Shown here: positions 40,132 through 54,161 of the stretch, in pieces
Numbering within the stretch: the first letter of the stretch is position 1
Layout: every line of letters begins with the position of its first letter
From: Octopus vulgaris
Taxonomy: Eukaryota
NCBI GenBank assembly: GCA_951406725.2
Contig: OX597835.1
Span: 8,370,001 to 8,434,000 of the forward strand
Direction: 5' to 3'
DNA length: 64,000 nt
Position numbers and translations under genes: made by a program
The notes under the pieces: model-generated
Seen by the model: only the letters and a program-made list of their open reading frames with translations
Told to the model about the DNA's origin: nothing
Database searches by the model: none

Positions 40132-40525
40132 GGGCCGTGAGCTGGCAGATTCGTTAACACGCTGGGTGAAATGCTTAGTGATATTTCGTCTGTCTTTACG
40201 TTCTGAGTTCAAATTCCACTGAAGGTTGACTTTGCCTTTCATCCTTTCGGAGTCGACTAAATAAGTACCAGTTACACAATGGGGTTGATATAATCGATTT
40301 AATCCGTTTGTCTGTCCTTGTTTGTCCCTTCCGTGTTTAGCCCCCTGTAGGTAGTAAAGAAATAGGTATTTCGTGTGCGCCGCCGAGGTCGACTTTGCCT
40401 TTCATACATTCGGGACGATTAAATAGGTACAAGTTATGCACTGGGGTCGATGTAATCGACTTAATCCCTATGTCTGTCCTTGATTGACCTTTCTATCTTT
40501 AGCCCATTGTGGGCAATAAAGAAAT
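40132..40525 (+). mobile_element. SINE family B partial tandem dimer
   Basis: Full unit to ~40365, then a second central domain and tail to 40525. Confidence 0.92.
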
Positions 40526-40625
40526 GAATATAAGTCTTCAAAGACAGTAGGTCTCATAAATTCTAAGACAAAATTGAGTATTTATGGAAGCTCAAAGTTG
40601 GAAACCAAAAAGTGCTAAGAGTGGA

Positions 40626-40686
<61 letters not shown>

Positions 40687-41044
40687 AAATATACATATAT
40701 ATCTATATATATACGTATGTATATGTTTATACAAGTATATTTACATATACACATATATATATGTATGTATATATACATACATACATACATACATACATAC
40801 ATACATACATACGTACATACATGTACTCAACACTCATTCTCATTGATTAATACACCCGAATAAGTGGGCATTTATCTATCGGAATGTGTACCCACGCACA
40901 TATAAAGATATATACATAATTACACATATAAATTTATATAGATACAGTTAAGTACATGTCTCTCTCTCTAGAAATATATATATATATATATTATATATAC
41001 ATGAATATATATATATATATATATATGTAGATATATATACATAC

Positions 41045-41093
<49 letters not shown>

Positions 41094-41399
41094 GTATATA
41101 TGTATGTATGTATCTCAACGTCTTCCTCCATTTACCATTCAACATATAATTTTAGTTAATTCGCCATTCTCAACATATTGACGTTATCGTCGTTGTTGTA
41201 TTTTCTTATTTCAGTTCATCTCTTCCTCTTGTTTCTTTCTTGATATTTTCTTTCTACCTTTGATATCACTAATTACACTTTAGACACATCATAAATTTCT
41301 CGCTCTTGTAATCTCTTCTCTCTTATGGTTCATCACATCTTTATCACACAACACGAACGTATTAAACGCTATATTTAAGTCTTGCTCCACACGTTCCTC

Positions 41400-41471
<72 letters not shown>

Positions 41472-41545
41472 AGACATATATGTACATATATATACATATA
41501 TATATATACTGATATATGTGCATACACAAGGATAAGCATATCTAT

Positions 41546-41592
<47 letters not shown>

Positions 41593-42027
41593 CATAAGTA
41601 TATATATATATATATATTTGTGTGTATGTGTGTGTATGTAATATTTATATATATATATAAATATATGTATATGATTGTATATACACATTCATGTATGTAC
41701 TTATGTATGTTTATGTGTGTATATTTGACTAGTTTACACTTCCCTATATTCGTTACCATCTTAATAGTGTTGAGAAAAGTTGAAAGTGTATGTGAAGAAC
41801 AGGTGGCGATGTATTTTACAAAGAACGGGGGGGAAAAAAGAGAAAGACGAATACGTAAAAAAAGACGAATGAGTATTTAAAATGAAGCAGAATAGGAAAA
41901 AAGAATTTTATTCATAGAGTTGTTTGTGGGTTGTTTTGCTTCATAAGTTTGGTCCATTCTCTTAGATTAGAGAGACATGATTCGGAGTTAGGAGGCCGAT
42001 CAAGGAGAGAAATGCGATGTATATTAT

Positions 42028-42238
42028 CTCCCTTTACTCTTTTACTTGTTTCAGTCATTTGACTGTGGCCATGCTGGAGCACCGCCTTAAGTCGAGCAAA
42101 TCGACCCCGGGACTTATTCTTTGTAAGCCCAGTACTTATTCTATCGGTCACTTTTGCCGAACCGCTAGGTAACGGGGACATAAACACACCAGCATCGGTT
42201 GTCAAACAATGCTAGGGGGGACAAACACAGACACACAA

Positions 42239-42287
<49 letters not shown>

Positions 42288-42439
42288 ACAGGCTTCTTTC
42301 AGTTTCCGTCTACCAAATCCACTCACAAGGCATTGGTCGGCCCGGGGCTATAGCAGAAGACACTTACCAAAGATGCCATGCTGTGGGACTGAACCGGGAA
42401 CCATGTGGTTGGTTAGCAAGCTACTTACCACACAGCCAC
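42028..42439 (-). mobile_element. SINE family A
   Basis: Matches the other A copies. Confidence 0.95.
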
Positions 42440-42673
42440 ATATATATATATACATACATCCACGGACATACAAATGTAAAGTGTGTTTATGTACACGTTA
42501 ATTGATAGTCATGTAGCGATCCAATTCCTAACTGAAATATCCCACATGTATCGTGTAAGACGCTTATTTTTGCTGTTAATTTTTTGTTTTGCTATTTATT
42601 TTCTGGTATATTTTGAAACTTAATAAATTCATATTTCTGCGAATTCATCGAAATCCGTCGCTTTCACGTTACC

Positions 42674-42904
42674 TATTTCTTTATTACCCACAAGGGGCTA
42701 AACACAGAGGGAACAAACAAGGACAGACATAGGTTATTAAGTCGATTACACCGACCCCAGTGCGTAACTGGTACTTAATTTATCGACCCCGAAAGGATGA
42801 AAGGCAAAGTCGACCTCGGCAGAATTTGAACTCGCAACGTTGCGACAGACGAAATGCCGCTAAGCATTTCGCCCGGCGCGCTAACCTTTCTGCCAGCTCG
42901 GCGC
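42674..42904 (-). mobile_element. Full-length SINE family B with 13-bp TSD
   Basis: TSD CTTTCACGTTACC at 42661-42673 and 42905-42917. Confidence 0.95.
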
Positions 42905-42926
42905 CTTTCACGTTACCGTTTTATAC

Positions 42927-42965
<39 letters not shown>

Positions 42966-43695
42966 ACGACAAGCACGTGATCAGCATTATGTTTGCTATT
43001 ACATATAATGACCATATATGGAGTTCCAGTGAATTTTGGACCATGATGCCATGCTTCGGTGCTCTAATAATAAATGAGAAAAACAAACAAAACAATTCGT
43101 ACAGCAACGTTGCATATGTCCTTCTTTCTACATTTTAGACATTATAACGTAGATTAGTTAAAATTTGGCTGCTACTTTTAGAATACGTAAAGGTTTCGTC
43201 TTCTGTTTTTATCTGTGTTTTTGCTGACAACAAACAATTCCAACTCATGTTATATTGGCAATAGACGCTTTCAATCGATAAAATTACATAAATTTAAATG
43301 CTTGTGGCTTTTTCTGCTATTAATGTCTTGTAAAAACGAATGCGACTTTGGTCATCAGAAAGCAAAAGATCAGCATCTGGAAACCTTCAGCTACTTGGAA
43401 GAAATTTTTCAAGAACTCATCCATGTTTAGGGCCAAGAGTAACGACTTTGTATTAGAGGTGAAGGCGAAGACAGTTTTTTTCTTCTCCTTAATCCATGTG
43501 TGCAAATGTCCTTTACAAGTCAAACACGATAAGGAGGATGTAGGAAAAAGCAGTGGCCTTCGTTTTTTACTGGTGATGAGTGAGAATTTACAGAATGGTC
43601 GAGAATAATATCAGCAGATTCTTTGGGAGGTTGGTGAGATGCTTATTCTGCTTTGGTTTATAAAATGAAGAGACAATAGCTCACTCATCTATGCC

Positions 43696-43822
43696 GCTGC
43701 AGTAGTAGCAGTAGTAGTAGTCGTAGTAGTAGTAGTAGTAGTAGTAGTAGTCGTAGTAGGTAGTAGGAAGTAGTAGCCGTAGTAGTAGTAGTAGTAGTAG
43801 TAGCAGCAGCAGCCGCAGCAGC

Positions 43823-43874
<52 letters not shown>

Positions 43875-43875
43875 A

Positions 43876-43945
<70 letters not shown>

Positions 43946-43993
43946 TGTAGTAGTAGTAGTTGTAGTAGTAGTTGTAGTAGTAGTGGTAGCAGA

Positions 43994-44046
<53 letters not shown>

Positions 44047-44050
44047 CAGC
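43696..44050. repeat. (GTA/GCA)n microsatellite
   Basis: Directly visible. Confidence 0.97.
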
Positions 44051-44413
44051 TCGATTCTGTTGAAATGTATTCTGTACCGCATACGTGTAGCCAGGTACTT
44101 GTTGAAATTTGCTGCATTGGCCCCCCCAGACCTGTTACAATGCGGTCAGATGGTGCTCTGCACTCTCTTGACCTCTACGATTTAGAGTTTGTCCATGCAA
44201 TAAGCAAGAGATGGAATGACCTCGTAATTTCTATGATTTTACTCCTGATTAGTTTTTCAATATTTCAAGCGCTGTATAGAAAGAAAAATATACACATTTC
44301 TCTTAGAATTATCAGACAATATCAAGTTAAATTAGAAAATTATTTTAGAATAAACTTTTATTATTAATTCATATATTTTCGGTACCTTTTCATCTCTATT
44401 TCTTTCTCTCGCT

Positions 44414-44456
<43 letters not shown>

Positions 44457-44540
44457 CATATATACATAATATATATATATTATGTATATATATATATATA
44501 TATTATGTATATATATTTATATATATATATATATATATAT

Positions 44541-44823
44541 TCGTGACCGACCAGACCATCAGATGTTGCTACACATCGCTGGTCACAATGCGTTCGCATT
44601 GTTTTAGCCTTCAAATGACCCCACCCCGCTGGCTAAGCGAGCAGGCCAACAGCAGAAAGAGTGGGAGAAAGAGTGGTGAAGGAGTACAACAGGGATCACT
44701 ACCCCCTGCCGGAGCTTTTTAGGTGTTTTCGCTCAATAAACACACACAATGCACGGTCTGGGAATCGAATCCGCGATCCTACGACCGCGAGTCCGCTGCC
44801 CTAACCACTGGGCCATTGCGCCT
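44541..44823 (-). mobile_element. SINE C variant: family C head and body with a different 3' tail
   Basis: First ~170 nt match 21718 and 36790; the remainder is unrelated to their tail. Confidence 0.9.
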
Positions 44824-44879
<56 letters not shown>

Positions 44880-44882
<3 letters not shown>

Positions 44883-45251
44883 AGTGGCTGGAGTGGCTGT
44901 GTGGTAAGTAGCTTGCTAACCAACCACATGGTTTCGGGTTCAGTCCTACTGCTTGGGCAAGTGTCTTCTGCTATAGCCCCGGGCCGACCAATGCCTTGTG
45001 AGTGGATTTGGTAGACGGAAACTGAAAGAAGCCTGTCGTATATATGTATATATATATATATATATGTGTGTGTTTGTGTGTCTGTGTTTGTCCCCCTAGC
45101 ATTGCTTGACAACCGATGCTGGTGTGTTTATAGCGGTTCGGCAAAAGAGACCGATATAAGTATATAAGTCCCGGGGTCGATACTCGATTAAAGGCGGTGC
45201 TCCAGCATGGCCGCAGTCAAATGACTGAAACAAGTAAAAGAGAGAGTAAAG
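44880..45251 (+). mobile_element. SINE family A with internal deletions
   Basis: Head-to-head with the SINE C variant across a (TA)n tract. Confidence 0.93.
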
Positions 45252-45403
45252 AATATATATATATATATGTGTGTGTATATATAATTATGTATACATGTAT
45301 GTATATGTATGTATGTATGTATATATATATATATATGTGTGTGTGTGCGTGTGTGTGTGTGTGTGTGAACAAAGCATTGGTCGATTACAAGGCGCTGTGA
45401 GTA

Positions 45404-45614
45404 AATTTATTTGGGAAAAACAAATACATTTAAGGATTTCGATCTGTTGACTCTTTCTCCACATCTGCGTGTGCACATCATTATTCACATCTTCGAATTA
45501 ATCTCATGCTAATTAGGGCTGAAGACCTGCTTTCCGTTCTACACATGTTTGCTGTCTCATTAGTAATGCTTGCTTGTATTTATACTTAAATGTATTTGTT
45601 TTCCCAAATAAATT
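45404..45614. repeat. 30-bp inverted repeat pair
   Basis: AATTTATTTGGGAAAAACAAATACATTTAAG (45404-45434) versus 45585-45614. Confidence 0.9.
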
Positions 45615-45795
45615 GCATTTCTTCTTTTGAGGCTCTAATGAAAATGTACTCGACTATGGATCCTTAGGCACTCGGCCAGCAGTTCACCACATCTTATGCT
45701 GGAAACAGCTGTTCGTTTCTTCCGTTGTCATCGGTTTCATTATTATTATTATTATTATCTCTCTCTGTCTCCCTCTCTTTCTCCCTCTCTCCATT

Positions 45796-46053
<258 letters not shown>

Positions 46054-46118
46054 TATATATATACACATATATATATACACACATACATATATATATATAT
46101 ATTTATAACATATATGTT

Positions 46119-46155
<37 letters not shown>

Positions 46156-46186
46156 TTGTGTGTTGTGTGTGTGTTTGTATCAGATA

Positions 46187-47200
46187 TCTCAAAATAAGAA
46201 AGCAGATGAAGTTATGCCAGCAGAAACAATTATCTCTCGACCAAATATTCTACCAATTACGGTAGAGACTCTAGAACTCTGAGAAGTAACGTTAAAAGTG
46301 GACAATCTCACCAGAACATGTGGCAACATGAAAGACCGTTTCACCGTGAATTGAAAACGAACTACGGTAAGAGCTCCTCTTTTTTTGTACGCAAACATCC
46401 TAATGCACACAATATGGACAAAAAGCACAAAGATAGATATTCCTTTGATCAGAACATTAGGAGTAGAAATAACAGATCATTTTCAAGACCCCCAACAGAG
46501 GTTACCTACAAGAAACTGGGCAAAAAAAACGTTCTAAGTCTTGAAGTAAACCTAGATCATTCCCCTAGATTGTTTAAAAGACTATTAACAAGAAATTGGA
46601 AAATAATATGCATAATACCAAAAACAGGACAGAAAGCAACGAAACCAAGTAAAATGCCACAACCAAAGCGCAAAGTCCATCAAAGAAATATCAACAAGAA
46701 CATTAGTCATAAACAGAGAAAACTCCATTTTTTAACCCCAGAACAACAAACACGGGAGAAAGAAAATCATTGCACAAAGTAATGAATTAAAAGACATAAT
46801 TACAGGTGGCGCTATGGTTCTTAGTAAAAGACAGCCCAAAATCTTGAAAAGATTATTAACAAAGGCAAAGTTTGACCTTAGCAAGAAAGATCAATCATTC
46901 ACTGTATATAAATGCAAATATAGCTGAAGTGGCACATATCGTCCAAAACAGGAACACGAAAACCGGAAAAATATTCACAAACGCAGATATGAACTGTAAA
47001 AGCAGAAATTTAATTTACTGCATCACATGCCCGAATTTTGAAGGATTATACGTGGGTCAGACTGGAAAGGCACTGTCAGAACGTTCACGGGTGCACCGAC
47101 AGCAAATTAGAGATCCAGATGTCTGTCACACGCCTTTGAGTAACCATAATCATGTGGTCAGATAATATTTATATTTCCATTCTATAAACTACACAGTCCA
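46187..47200 (+). mobile_element. Decayed Penelope-like element: linker plus GIY-YIG endonuclease
   Basis: VLSKRQPKILKRLLTKAKF (PLE linker), then NCKSRNLIYCITCPNFEGLYVGQTGKALSERSRVHRQQI...PLSNH (GIY-YIG with catalytic Arg and CCHH remnants); frameshifted; 5' boundary uncertain. Confidence 0.88.
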
Positions 47201-47240
47201 ACTCCCTTGATACAGGCTACATAACCTGATCATTTTCTTT

Positions 47241-47435
47241 CCCAGTCTCGTTCCAGTCTTCAAAAAGGGCAACAAACCCCTTGCCGTCGACTTCCGTCCG
47301 ATTTCACTCATGTCTCATATCATTAAAATATTTGAGAAGGTAATGAGATCTTAAATAACTCACTTCCTCGAAGAGAACAATCTGCTGAACCCCAACCAGC
47401 ATGGTTTAAGTGATGTCATGGACTGCCTGTCGCAG
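47241..47435 (+). mobile_element. CR1/L2/Jockey-group LINE reverse transcriptase fragment
   Basis: VPVFKKGNKPLAVDFRPISLMSHIIKIFEKVMRS*ITHFLEENNLLNPNQHGLSDVMDCLSQ. Confidence 0.9.
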
Positions 47436-47439
47436 TCCA

Positions 47440-47835
47440 TCGTTCCCGTCTGCCGAAAAGGCAATTTTTCCAAACACGCCTTCTAGATAAGTTAAATTTG
47501 TGTAAATTTGTCTAAAGTCGTAAGACACCTGCTGTTATCCTGTTATTACCATTCTTGTTTTTATTATTTTTTTTTTTCGTTTTTTGTATTTATATTCGTG
47601 TGGCTTCGTCCGTTTTTCTGTCCTTGTTTCGTTTATATTCGATCCTTTTTTCCAAAAAATCTAATGCTCGCAGCTTAGTTTTTCATTGGGGCTGGCCGCG
47701 TCGGAGCAATATCAGGATTAATCAGCCGAAATTTGCTATGATGATCCGGTTTCTGACTGAAGATTAAAGGATTCGAATGACCCGTCCGTTTTTTGTGTTC
47801 GTCCCTTTGTGTATTTCACGTTCTTGTTTCTTTAT
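47440..47835 (+). mobile_element. TA-adjacent dispersed repeat (homologue at 61670-61935, opposite strand)
   Basis: About 270 bp of diverged reverse-complement similarity. Confidence 0.8.
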
Positions 47836-47902
47836 ATATAATTTTTATACCTATATATGTATATATATATATATATATATGGATGTTTCCAAATAGACAG
47901 AT

Positions 47903-47950
<48 letters not shown>

Positions 47951-47957
<7 letters not shown>

Positions 47958-48220
47958 AAAATAGTAAAGTGTGAAAAAAACGACAGAAGGCTTAAATGTT
48001 AAAAAATATATATATTTGTGTCAAAATGTCTGGAGAATATTGGAAAATTTTTTTTCCTTTCCTTAAAATGACATAATTTTAAAATTTTTAAAATTATGTC
48101 ATTTTAAGGAAAGGAAAAAAATTTTTCCAATATTCTCCAGACATTTTGACACAAATATATATATTTTTTAACATTTAAGCCTTCTGTCGTTTTTTCACAC
48201 TTTACTATTTTCTTATATAT
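47951..48220. repeat. Near-perfect 270-bp palindrome
   Basis: Arms of ~134 bp around a 1-nt centre (48085); differences only in homopolymer runs. Confidence 0.97.
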
Positions 48221-48253
48221 TCACCCACGTGCTTTACCAAACAAACTTTCTTA

Positions 48254-48291
<38 letters not shown>

Positions 48292-48577
48292 TATACTTGC
48301 AGACGAATTAATCAATGACAAAAGAGCGGGCCTTAGGTAAACACTTCCGTTAAAGGTGGAGGATGTTGACCTAGCATTGATCTCTTAATGCATTGCCTAA
48401 CATACCAGAAACGGCTGTAAGGTAATGAAAGTGACTCCTCTTCTTTTGTCATTGGTTGGTAAGCTGCACTGCACTCACCTAATCTTTTAGCTTAAAGCGT
48501 AAGTATATTCACGTCTAACAACTAGTTTTAGGCACTTCTATTATTAAGCTGCAACGTGATATATATTTGTTGCTTGT

Positions 48578-48641
<64 letters not shown>

Positions 48642-48736
48642 CTATATACATGTTCGCGTGTGTGCACACGCGAGGTTGGGTGTGTATGTGTGTGCACGCG
48701 CCCATGTCTCTATCTCTCCATTTGTGTATATATTTA

Positions 48737-48786
<50 letters not shown>

Positions 48787-49160
48787 ATGTATATATATAT
48801 TATTTATATATATATATATATATAATGTGTGCTTGTGTGCTTTGATAAACATAAATGAATATATGTATATAAATACACACAATATCTACTCACGTACACA
48901 GACATACATATATATTTCTCAACGTGTGTGTGTGTGTGTGTGTGTGTGCATGGACGCGTGTGAGTGTGTGTGCATGTGTGTGTGTATGTGTACGTGTGTG
49001 TACGTGTGTGCGATGTGTTTGAATGTATTTACAACACAATCGAGTAAGAAAAATACAAATAAATATAGATAAGTATCACTACGAAATTGCCGTTAAAAGC
49101 TTTTGCTGGAAATATAGCAGCAAATATCTACTTCCACATTCGCGTTTCCTATATTTCATA

Positions 49161-49225
<65 letters not shown>

Positions 49226-49762
49226 GTCATACATAAGTATGCAAGACCGAAATATTATTGTCTTCCATAGGAGTTCCCTTTCCAACTCTATACTATTCGC
49301 AATATATCTCAATTGTTCGGCTTTTATTCATATTATGCGTTTTGGTAGCAATTACTGATCTTCCCAGTAAATGCACAGTTTACTAATTATTATTGATTTT
49401 TACCTCTCATCCTCTGCAATCGTTTTCTTTCTCTCTCTCTTTCTCTTTCTCTCTCTCACACTATCTCTATCTCTCTCTCTCCTTCTCTCTCTCTGTCTTC
49501 ATTTTCCGCTTTTCATCGCCGATATTTTCGCAACCACGATCTTGTGTTTCTTCCCACATTTATATCTAAATACCTATCTTCTATTCGTCACTCCATATAT
49601 ATGTATGCGTGCTCCTGCCTGTGTAAATGTATAGCTACGTTGTATGCTGTATATATAAATATATATATATATATATATTTATATACGTATATAAATATAT
49701 TATATATATTTATATAAGTATATATATATGTATATGTGCGTATACATATATATACATGAATG

Positions 49763-49793
<31 letters not shown>

Positions 49794-49852
49794 TTGTATA
49801 TGCATATATATATATATGTATATGTGCATATACACATATATATACATGAATG

Positions 49853-49883
<31 letters not shown>

Positions 49884-50429
49884 TTGTACATACATATATA
49901 TATATATTTATATAAGTATATATATATGTATATATGCATATATTTACACGAATGGATATATATATATATATATATGTATATGTATATATATATGTGTGTG
50001 TGTGCGAGAGAGAGAGAGAATTTGTATGTATATATATATTTATATCTTAGACATGAAAGTGTATATGTATGGATATATATGAGGCAGCATCATCGAATGA
50101 ATATCTCAGTTGAATGCCAAAATTGATAAGGCAACCTCAACAAACTCACGTGAACCTGGAATCGATAAAACTCTTGAAGTTTCGATTGGAGTGTCACTGG
50201 CCTCGGTGTTAGGCGTCACAGAAATGGGAGCACGCAGTGGGGAATATTCTGTGTACACAGATACACTGACACACACACGCAGGTAACTCATACGCACAAA
50301 ATATACACATACGCGTAACAACACACATCCAGACACTTAGAAGCACACACAGAAGCTTACTCAGAAACACACACACATGCACATATACACAAATACACAC
50401 ACGTAAGCACACACATGCACACAAACGCA

Positions 50430-50722
50430 CACACACACACACATAAAGACACACACACATAAATACACACACACATAAAGACACACACATAAAGACACAC
50501 ACACACATAAAGACACACACACATAAAGACACACACACATATAGACACACACACATAAAGACACACACACATAAAGACACACACACATAAAGACACACAC
50601 ACATAAAGACACACACACACACACATGAAGACACACACACATAAAGACACACACACATAAAGACACACACATAAAGACACACACACATAAAGACACACAC
50701 ATAAAGACACACACACATAAGC
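50430..50722. repeat. Minisatellite (CA)n-TAAAGA, 14-18 bp unit
   Basis: Directly visible. Confidence 0.95.
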
Positions 50723-50884
50723 ACACACACATATACACCCATACAAAGGTAGCTAATTCATACATTCATAGAACTACGAAAAGGGTTTCGGTAATGTTCT
50801 TCCTTTCTCTATTTCTTTATATTTTATCTCTCACTCTCTTTCTCGCTCGTTCTCTCTCTCCTCAGTATTTCTATTCTATCTGTT

Positions 50885-50915
<31 letters not shown>

Positions 50916-51158
50916 ATTCAAAATATGTGTATCTGCATATATTTATATGTGTGTGCATATATGTACATCTACGTGTGTTCATATAAACATTCTCCAAGGG
51001 CTATTTTACCAATTTTTACTTGTGTTAATAGAAGCATTTCTCAGGAACCTATGACTGCCATTAAGCATGTATGAATGTGTATATGTATATGTGTGTGTAC
51101 GTATATATGTGTGTGTATGTATGTATGCATCTATGCACATATAAAGATATATATGTAT

Positions 51159-51287
51159 CAGGCGTGGTAAGAATCTTGTTTCCAACCACATCGTTCAGTC
51201 CCACTGCGAGGCACCTTGGGCAGATGCCTTCTGCAGCCTCTGTCTGACCAAAGCCATTTGAGTAGATTTGACGGAAACTAAATGAAT
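51159..51287 (+). mobile_element. Old degenerate SINE A
   Basis: GTTCAGTCCCACTGCGAGGCACCTTGGGCAG...GACGGAAACT. Confidence 0.8.
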
Positions 51288-51295
51288 AAAAGTAC

Positions 51296-51356
<61 letters not shown>

Positions 51357-51528
51357 CAGATCGCCATGTTGATTCGCTAGCCTCTGCACGCATTTTCTTT
51401 AAGTATTTTTTTTTCTCTCCTTCTTTTCTGTGTTTCCCTTTTCTGTGATTAATAATTAATTAATTTTACCCTCAATTTTGAAATATATATATATATATAT
51501 ATTCAGATCGCCATGTTGATTCGCTAGA

Positions 51529-51683
51529 GCTGTGTTTCTTTTCTGTGTATCTTTCTGTTGAAGAGCGTAGGCTCGAAACGTAAAAGACTTGTTTTATTTA
51601 TATTCCTCAGCGCCATACTAATACAATTGTTTGTTTGTATTCCACCTGCCTTCGTCTTTCGTTTATTTTCATAAAGCTTCCCG

Positions 51684-51686
<3 letters not shown>
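51529..51686 (+). mobile_element. Hammerhead-variant element (family of 18277-18468)
   Basis: TCTTT-CTGTTGA-A-GAGC-GTAG-GCTC-GAAA-CG-TA-AAAGA at 51550-51587. Confidence 0.75.
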
Positions 51687-51716
<30 letters not shown>

Positions 51717-51718
<2 letters not shown>

Positions 51719-51961
51719 TGAGAAAGTTGGTGTGTGAAAGCACGTGGATGGATATATAGAAAATAGTAAAAAGTGAAAAAACTACAGAAGACTTGTTTTA
51801 TAAGGTTAAAGAATATATTTGAGTCATTATGTTGGAAGAATGTTATAAAATGTTTTCATACAGTAACATAGTTTTTGAAGAAATTACCGGTTTCATGTTA
51901 ACTTTTCAAATTTCTTAAGTGTCTTTACCTACATCATGTTATGTCTTCGTTATGAAGTGCA

Positions 51962-51965
<4 letters not shown>
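51717..51965 (-). mobile_element. (TA)n-embedded element related to the 47951 palindrome, with a decayed hammerhead
   Basis: Shares AAAGCACGTGG...AGAAAATAGTAAA...ACAGAAG; minus strand AAGAAAT-TTGAAAA-GTTAACAT-GAAA-CCGG-TA-ATTTCTT at 51878-51916. Confidence 0.65.
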
Positions 51966-52002
<37 letters not shown>

Positions 52003-52372
52003 GATCAGCAGTTTGCAATATTTCACCAGAAAGGAGAATGACAAGGGTTATTATGTGTGACCAGAAATACGTGCTAAAACGCTCTAATGCTGTAGGTAAC
52101 TCACATGAATGAAAATGTATACACTAAGAAGAATAACAATCGTCCGAAAAGTGCCGATCGAGTATACTTCATATTGACGCGTCTCTTTCGGCAACTTCCG
52201 TATTCTGATCACTTAAGCCAACTCGGTTTCGGCACATTCCGAAACGCTTCACCATTAGGATTTATGTTTCCGTCATCCAAATAAGTGTATGAGTTCGCGA
52301 TTCGCTAATCTACCTGCTCAAGTTCAAATCTCTTGGCCACTACGAAGTGTATTCTATACAGAGAAAACCTCT

Positions 52373-52469
<97 letters not shown>

Positions 52470-52559
52470 ATACGTGGTAGTGAAATGAAATACTTGCCCC
52501 TTTCGGCTCTACTGTACTCACCACAAAGATATGTGTGGAAGCGCGCCTCTGCCTTTGTG

Positions 52560-52612
<53 letters not shown>

Positions 52613-52693
52613 GTCTGTCTGCCTATCTACCTATATCTCTCTCTTTCTCGTCCTTTCTCTCTTTCTTTCTCTTTCTTTCTCTTTCTCTTTCTT

Positions 52694-52732
<39 letters not shown>

Positions 52733-53694
52733 GTATACATGCTTGTGGGTGGCTGTATATGAATACGTATGTGCGTTGTATGTATACATACAGAAAAACA
52801 CATCTCGGTAGATAATCATATCTTGATGTATGTCAACAGATTTTCCTTCACTCTATCTCTACGGAACTATTGTTTTATATATTTCGCACTAAAAGCGCAT
52901 ATAATTTCCAGAGATCGATGTTTTTATCTATCATGATAACCTCTTCCTTTCTTTTCTTTCTCTCTTCTTGTCCTTCTCATAAATACAAATCACCGTGGCA
53001 TTCATAGATTCAGAAATGATCTTGTAATATTTTTTCGGGGGATTAGGCCTAAAGATTACACCTCATGGTAAGCATTCTCGTAAAACATTCTAGTCTTACA
53101 TCAAATATCAAGGTAACACTTGATCTTACGCACCTTTAAACCAATTATGTGTTTATTTGATATCTTTATCAGCTCTAACCATACAAGCCTTGCATTCAGT
53201 ATAGTTTAGTCCCCAACATTGGTAAGAGTATTTCCTATCCATCGTTGGAACCGATTGGATTTAGATGGAACGTATTTTTAAGGACCAGAAACATTTCTAA
53301 GGTAAACATCAAAGTCGGTGCATAACCTTTTCTTTTATCAAACTAAAATTAATAATACACTCAACTTACACCGATTGAGTACAGGAAAGCAAACATTATT
53401 GTGCGTACGTGCGTGTGTGTGCATATGCATACATACATACATACATACATACATACATACATACATGCATGCATGCATACATACATACACATACATACAT
53501 ACATACATACATACATACATACATACATACATACATACATACATTCATACATACATACATATATAAAAAGAAGTCCTTCAGGAATGTCTCAAAGAAAATC
53601 TCTATAAAATGTAAATGCTATAGACTTGATGTAGTGATCTGCGATAGAAAAGAGTAAATGGGTACAGTTGTAGAAATGAGCTGCCCAGCGGACG

Positions 53695-53743
<49 letters not shown>

Positions 53744-53747
<4 letters not shown>

Positions 53748-54096
53748 AGGATGTTTGCAAAAAGGACATGAAGGCCTGCAACATCAATATTAGCAACTAG
53801 GAAGCAGTTGCGAGCAACCGTGGAGATTGGCGACGTACCGTAAAAGAGGGAACACACAGGAGTGACAGAGAGAGAGAGAGAGGAGAAATGGAAAGACAAG
53901 AAACGACGTCAACAAGAAACTATGACATTACAACCAGCCAGGAACAGTCTTCGCTACATTTGCGGCACCTGCCAGATGGAGTGTTTGTCCAGGATAGGAC
54001 TACACAGCCACAGCAGGAGATGTATTAGGACATGAAATGTAAAAGCCGGACTAGACTATTTTATGCGCAACTCCATTGTCTCCCGAGACAAAAAGG

Positions 54097-54102
<6 letters not shown>
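53744..54102 (+). mobile_element. RTE-clade LINE 3' end (C-terminal zinc finger and 3' UTR)
   Basis: YKDVCKKDMKACNI...NRGDWRRTVKEG...YICGTCQMECLSRIGLHSHSRRC, then a short UTR ending GAGACAAAAAGGATGCCA; flanked by (TA)n. Confidence 0.9.

Positions 54103-54161
<59 letters not shown>

Noticed and set aside
50106-50250. Possible minus-strand exon (ACAG...CAC|GTGAGT)
   Set aside because: Weak acceptor, no recognisable peptide and no partner exons; needs RNA-seq.
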